Below are positions 33,245 through 36,460 of a stretch of 36,460 bases of DNA, in pieces. Location of the stretch: assembly GCA_043733605.1 (NCBI GenBank), contig JAYTGI010000105.1, positions 1 through 36,460 of the forward strand. Direction: 5' to 3'. This DNA is from Demequina sp. (lineage in GTDB: Bacteria > Actinomycetota > Actinomycetes > Actinomycetales > Demequinaceae). The position numbers and the translations under genes were made by a program. Position 1 is the stretch's first letter, and the number at the start of each line of letters is the position of its first letter. A model generated the notes under the pieces. It made no database searches. It had not been told where the DNA came from and worked only from the letters and a program-made list of their open reading frames with translations.

Positions 33245-33892
33245 ATGAGCGCCGAACCGACCGGAGTCGCAGGACCCACCGGAGTCGCGGGCCTCACCGC
33301 GACAGAACGTTCTTTCCGCAAGGCCGTCATGTGGGTGGCAGTCCTCAACCTCGCCTATGGGGTTGTCGAGTTCACGATGTCGCGGCTCATCGGCTCTGTG
33401 TCCCTTGCCGCGGACTCGATCGACTTTGTTGAGGATGGGTTGCTCAACATCCTGATCTTCTTCGCCGTCGCGTGGACCCTGCACCGAAGGGCGCGCATCG
33501 GCCACGCCTTGGCGCTCATCATCCTGGTGCCCGCCGCGGCCACTCTCGTCACCGCGGTACTCAAGGTGCTCGACCCCAGCCGCCCTGCGACGGTCCCTCT
33601 CACCATCACGGCCGTCGGCGCCCTGCTTGTCAACCTCGCATGTGCCGCAATTCTCGTGAGCCACCGCAGGACTGGGGGCTCGCTCGCAAGCGCCGCGTGG
33701 TTGTCAGCGCGCAACGACGCCTTTGCCAATCTCGCCATCCTGGCCGCCGCGGCCATCGCGCTAGGTTGGGACTCGGGCTGGCCGGACATCATCGTGGGAG
33801 TGGGCATCGCGTATATCAACGCCGACGCTGGGCTCAAGGTCTGGCGGGCAGCGTCCCGCGAGCGCCTCGAATCGAAGGCCGCCCGCGCTTAA
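33245..33892 (+). CDS. Cation diffusion facilitator (CDF) family transporter, TM-domain-only type
   Basis: LNLAYGVVE, GSVSLAADSIDFVED, AAWLSARNDAFAN, SGWPDIIVG motifs. ATG 33245 after AAGGA; PTGVAG tandem duplication at 33257-33292. Confidence 0.88.
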   Translation: MSAEPTGVAGPTGVAGLTATERSFRKAVMWVAVLNLAYGVVEFTMSRLIGSVSLAADSIDFVEDGLLNILIFFAVAWTLHRRARIGHALALIILVPAAATLVTAVLKVLDPSRPATVPLTITAVGALLVNLACAAILVSHRRTGGSLASAAWLSARNDAFANLAILAAAAIALGWDSGWPDIIVGVGIAYINADAGLKVWRAASRERLESKAARA

Positions 33893-33916
33893 CGCAGGTC
33901 GCGTAGCCCGGCACGA

Positions 33917-33946
33917 TTGGGGTCGAACGGCCGCAACCGCTAGAAT
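33917..33946 (+). promoter_or_regulatory. Candidate sigma-A promoter for tig
   Basis: TTGGGG (33917-33922), 18 nt, TAGAAT (33941-33946), 64 nt before the tig start. Confidence 0.55.
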
Positions 33947-34010
33947 CGCGAAGTTGCCCGGCGCGGATCCGCGCGTGGGCAGGCATCAGCCACGAAAGCC
34001 AGGAGAAGCA

Positions 34011-35330
34011 GTGACCAGCGCCCTCGAAAAGATCGACGCCACGACCGTGAAGATTACGGTCACTCTCACGGAAGAGGAGATCAAGCCCGCGCTCGACCAC
34101 GCTTACGAGCACATTGGCAGCACCGTCACGATCCCCGGTTTCCGCAAGGGAAAGGTCCCTGCGCGAATCCTCGAGCAGCGCGTCGGCAAGGGCGCTGTCA
34201 TTGAGCACGCGATCAACGACGGCGTTCCCGGTTGGTATGGCGAGGCCGTCGAGGAACTTGAACTTCGCCCCTACGGCCAGCCAGAGATTGAGGTCACCAA
34301 GATCCCCGGTAGCACCGAGGGCGACGAGGGAATCGAGTTTGTTGCCACCGTCGAGGTGCGCCCCGAAATCACACTTCCCGCCGCGGCCGACCTCGTGGTC
34401 GAGGTTGCTCCCTCCGAGGTTTCCGACGACGACGTGGAGGAGCGCATGACCGCGCTCCGTCAGCGCTTCGGGACCCTCGTTGCCGTCGAGCGCGCCGCCG
34501 AGGCGGGCGACTTCGTCACGATCGACCTGACCGCGACCATCGAGGGTGAACAGATCGACGCTGTTCAGGGCTCCTCGTACCAAGTGGGGACCGGGAACAT
34601 GATCGACGGGCTGGACGACGCAGTGACGGGCCTCATCGCGGGCGGTTCGGCAAGCTTCGTCGGCCCGCTCGCGGCGGGTGACTTCGCTGGCGTTCCCGCC
34701 GACATCGTCGTGAACGTGAGCGTTGTCAAGACGCGCGAGCTTCCCGATGCCGATGACGACTTCGCGCAGCTCGCGTCCGAATTTGACACTCTTCAGGAGT
34801 TGAAGGTTGATCTGCGCACCCAAGCGGCGCGCATCAAGACCAACAACCAGGCCATGGAGGCCCGTGAGAAGCTGGTCGAGGCGCTCGTCGCCGCGGCAGG
34901 CGATTTTGCCTTGCCCACCAAGATCATCGAGGCCGAGGTGCACAGCCACCTCGAGAACGAGAACCGCCTCGAAGACGACGAGCATCGCGCCGAGGTCACG
35001 GAGCGTGCCCAGACCGCGCTGCGCACCCAAATCCTGCTCGACCAGCTAGCCGAGGACCTCGACGTGCAGGTTGCAGAGAACGAGCTAGTCGACTACCTGG
35101 TCAACGCGTCGCGTCAGTACGGCGCTGACCCTGGCGACTTCATCAAGCAGGTTCAGCAGGCGGGCCAAATGCCCACGATCGTCGCCGATGTTGCCCGTTC
35201 GAAGGCCACGGCCTTTGCACTGCGCCGCGCGACTGTGAAGGATACGACGGGAAACCTGGTCGACTTGTCCGCCATCATCGGCACCCTCGCGGACGAGACG
35301 GCTTCGGAAGAGGTCGTCGAGGCCGGATAG
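34011..35330 (+). CDS. tig: Trigger factor
   Basis: IPGFRKGKVP ribosome-binding motif, FKBP-like middle domain, ELPDADDDFAQLASEFDT; GTG 34011 with AGGAG; upstream of clpP genes. Confidence 0.97.
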   Translation: MTSALEKIDATTVKITVTLTEEEIKPALDHAYEHIGSTVTIPGFRKGKVPARILEQRVGKGAVIEHAINDGVPGWYGEAVEELELRPYGQPEIEVTKIPGSTEGDEGIEFVATVEVRPEITLPAAADLVVEVAPSEVSDDDVEERMTALRQRFGTLVAVERAAEAGDFVTIDLTATIEGEQIDAVQGSSYQVGTGNMIDGLDDAVTGLIAGGSASFVGPLAAGDFAGVPADIVVNVSVVKTRELPDADDDFAQLASEFDTLQELKVDLRTQAARIKTNNQAMEAREKLVEALVAAAGDFALPTKIIEAEVHSHLENENRLEDDEHRAEVTERAQTALRTQILLDQLAEDLDVQVAENELVDYLVNASRQYGADPGDFIKQVQQAGQMPTIVADVARSKATAFALRRATVKDTTGNLVDLSAIIGTLADETASEEVVEAG

Positions 35331-35367
35331 GTCACGCCCATCACGACATCCGGCGCTCAAACGCCGC

Positions 35368-35404
35368 GAGAGGCCCCGTCGCAAGGCGGGGTCTTTCTCG
35401 TTTT
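35368..35404 (+). terminator. Intrinsic terminator after tig
   Basis: GAGAGGCCCCGTC-GCAA-GGCGGGGTCTTTC stem (with G-U pairs) followed by TCGTTTT. Confidence 0.8.
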
Positions 35405-35447
35405 GCGTCACGACCCCACTCGTCCGCGGCTCGATGATGCCAAGGGC

Positions 35448-35461
35448 GTTCGCCGTCGGCG
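35448..35461 (+). promoter_or_regulatory. ClgR-type activator binding site upstream of clpP1P2
   Basis: GTTCGC-CGTCG-GCG matches the GTTCGC-N5-GCG consensus described for Streptomyces ClgR; candidate -10 TACTGT near 35536-35541. Confidence 0.7.
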
Positions 35462-35569
35462 AGATGCTCGCTCAACGTGTTCACCCAGTAGCGAAATGGA
35501 GCCAGGTGCGGCAGGAAACGCCCCTCCCAGGGCGTTACTGTCGAGGCTATGTCCACAAGGAGGAACGAC

Positions 35570-36184
35570 GTGAACGAGATCACCGCGCGCGCCGAAGGCG
35601 GCGGTATGGGTCTGAACGACTCCATCTTCAACCGCTTGCTGCGCGAACGCATCATTTGGCTTGGCGACGAGGTGCGTGACGACAATGCCAACGTCATCTG
35701 TGCCCAGATGATGCTCTTGGCGGCCGAAGACCCCGAGAAGGACATCTACCTTTACATCAACAGCCCAGGTGGCTCGATCACCGCAGGCATGGCGATCTAC
35801 GACACGATGCAGTACATCAAGCCGGACGTGGCGACAGTTGCGATGGGTATGGCCGCGTCGATGGGGCAGTTCCTACTCTCGTCAGGCGCGCCAGGCAAGC
35901 GCTACGCGACGCCCCACGCCCGCGTCATGATGCACCAGCCCTCGGGCGGCATCTACGGCACGGCCACCGACATCCGTATCAACGCCGAACTCATCATGCA
36001 CATGAAGAAGGTGCTTGCGGAGCTCACCGCCTCCCAGACGGGCAAGACCATCGAGCAGATCACCAAGGACGCCGACCGCGACCGCTGGTTCACCGCGGAC
36101 GACGCACTCGCGTACGGGTTCGTCGACAAGGTCATCAAGCACGCCGAAGAGGCAGGCGACAAGTCGCAAGGAGGCAAGGCGTGA
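35570..36184 (+). CDS. clpP1: ATP-dependent Clp protease proteolytic subunit 1
   Basis: [24 protein letters not shown] (Ser), MMHQP (His), DRDRWF (Asp); AAGGAGG before GTG 35570. Confidence 0.96.
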   Translation: MNEITARAEGGGMGLNDSIFNRLLRERIIWLGDEVRDDNANVICAQMMLLAAEDPEKDIYLYINSPGGSITAGMAIYDTMQYIKPDVATVAMGMAASMGQFLLSSGAPGKRYATPHARVMMHQPSGGIYGTATDIRINAELIMHMKKVLAELTASQTGKTIEQITKDADRDRWFTADDALAYGFVDKVIKHAEEAGDKSQGGKA

Positions 36185-36460
36185 GCCAGGAATCTCAGGC
36201 ACTGAGTGCCGCAGGCAGGACCGCAGGTAGTTTTGGTCGCATGTCGCCGATTGGGTTTGGTGGCGCCGGGTTTGGTGGCGCTGCATTTGGAGGCACGGCA
36301 CCCGAGGCGCCAGGCGCGCGCTACATCCTTCCTCAGTTCGAGGAGCGCACGTCATACGGCACCAAGATTCGTGACCCGTATTCGAAGCTGTTCGAGGACC
36401 GCATCGTCTTCCTTGGTGTCCAGATCGATGACACGTCGGCCGACGACATCATGGCGCAGC
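36181..36460 (+). CDS. clpP2: ATP-dependent Clp protease proteolytic subunit 2; 3'-partial
   Basis: GTGA overlap with the clpP1 stop; hand translation gives ..[44 protein letters not shown], running off the window. Confidence 0.95.
   Translation, partial: MSQESQALSAAGRTAGSFGRMSPIGFGGAGFGGAAFGGTAPEAPGARYILPQFEERTSYGTKIRDPYSKLFEDRIVFLGVQIDDTSADDIMAQ

Noticed and set aside
32391-33248. 285-aa plus-strand ORF as an intact gene
   Set aside because: Chimera of antisense LysE sequence and the Lrp fragment; no coherent N-terminal domain.
33834-35030. 398-aa minus-strand ORF opposite tig, and similar long ORFs opposite the MFS, ABC and membrane genes
   Set aside because: Antisense shadows of conserved genes with no recognisable motifs.
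35479-35495. Second ClgR-like box GTTCAC-N6-GCGAA
   Set aside because: Has a mismatch and 6-nt rather than 5-nt spacing; not supportable by itself.

Overview
High-GC actinobacterial chromosomal segment (Micrococcales-like by gene content and order; inference). Left to right: the 3' part of a tightly coupled, uncharacterised operon (VWA protein, conserved helical protein, PaaK/CapK-like adenylate-forming ligase); an MFS exporter; an SPFH+SHOCT / double zinc-ribbon / small membrane protein operon; an orphan HEPN-like protein whose RxxxxH motif reads RxxxxY; a spermidine-synthase-like methyltransferase; two MarR regulators with candidate operators; an MFS_3 transporter; a ClC-CBS protein with an atypical GHDVP filter; a fused ABC exporter; a 1291-aa SCO7613-type membrane protein; trmL; a secreted SGNH hydrolase; an M13 peptidase; rpiB; an Eis-like acetyltransferase; a CoA-binding protein; cysK-cysE preceded by an unannotated 28-aa polycysteine leader peptide (MCCCTCCL); DUF1761-like and DUF1345-like membrane proteins; divergent tRNA-Gly(TCC) and tRNA-Pro(TGG); a decayed accessory interval containing a back-to-back IS481/IS3 chimera, a GNAT gene, a collapsed lysE/lrp pair and a CDF transporter; then tig, clpP1 and a partial clpP2 with a ClgR-type box. 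Many genes appear leaderless. No CRISPR array, rRNA or intact mobile element was found. All family assignments come from motif recognition, not database searches.
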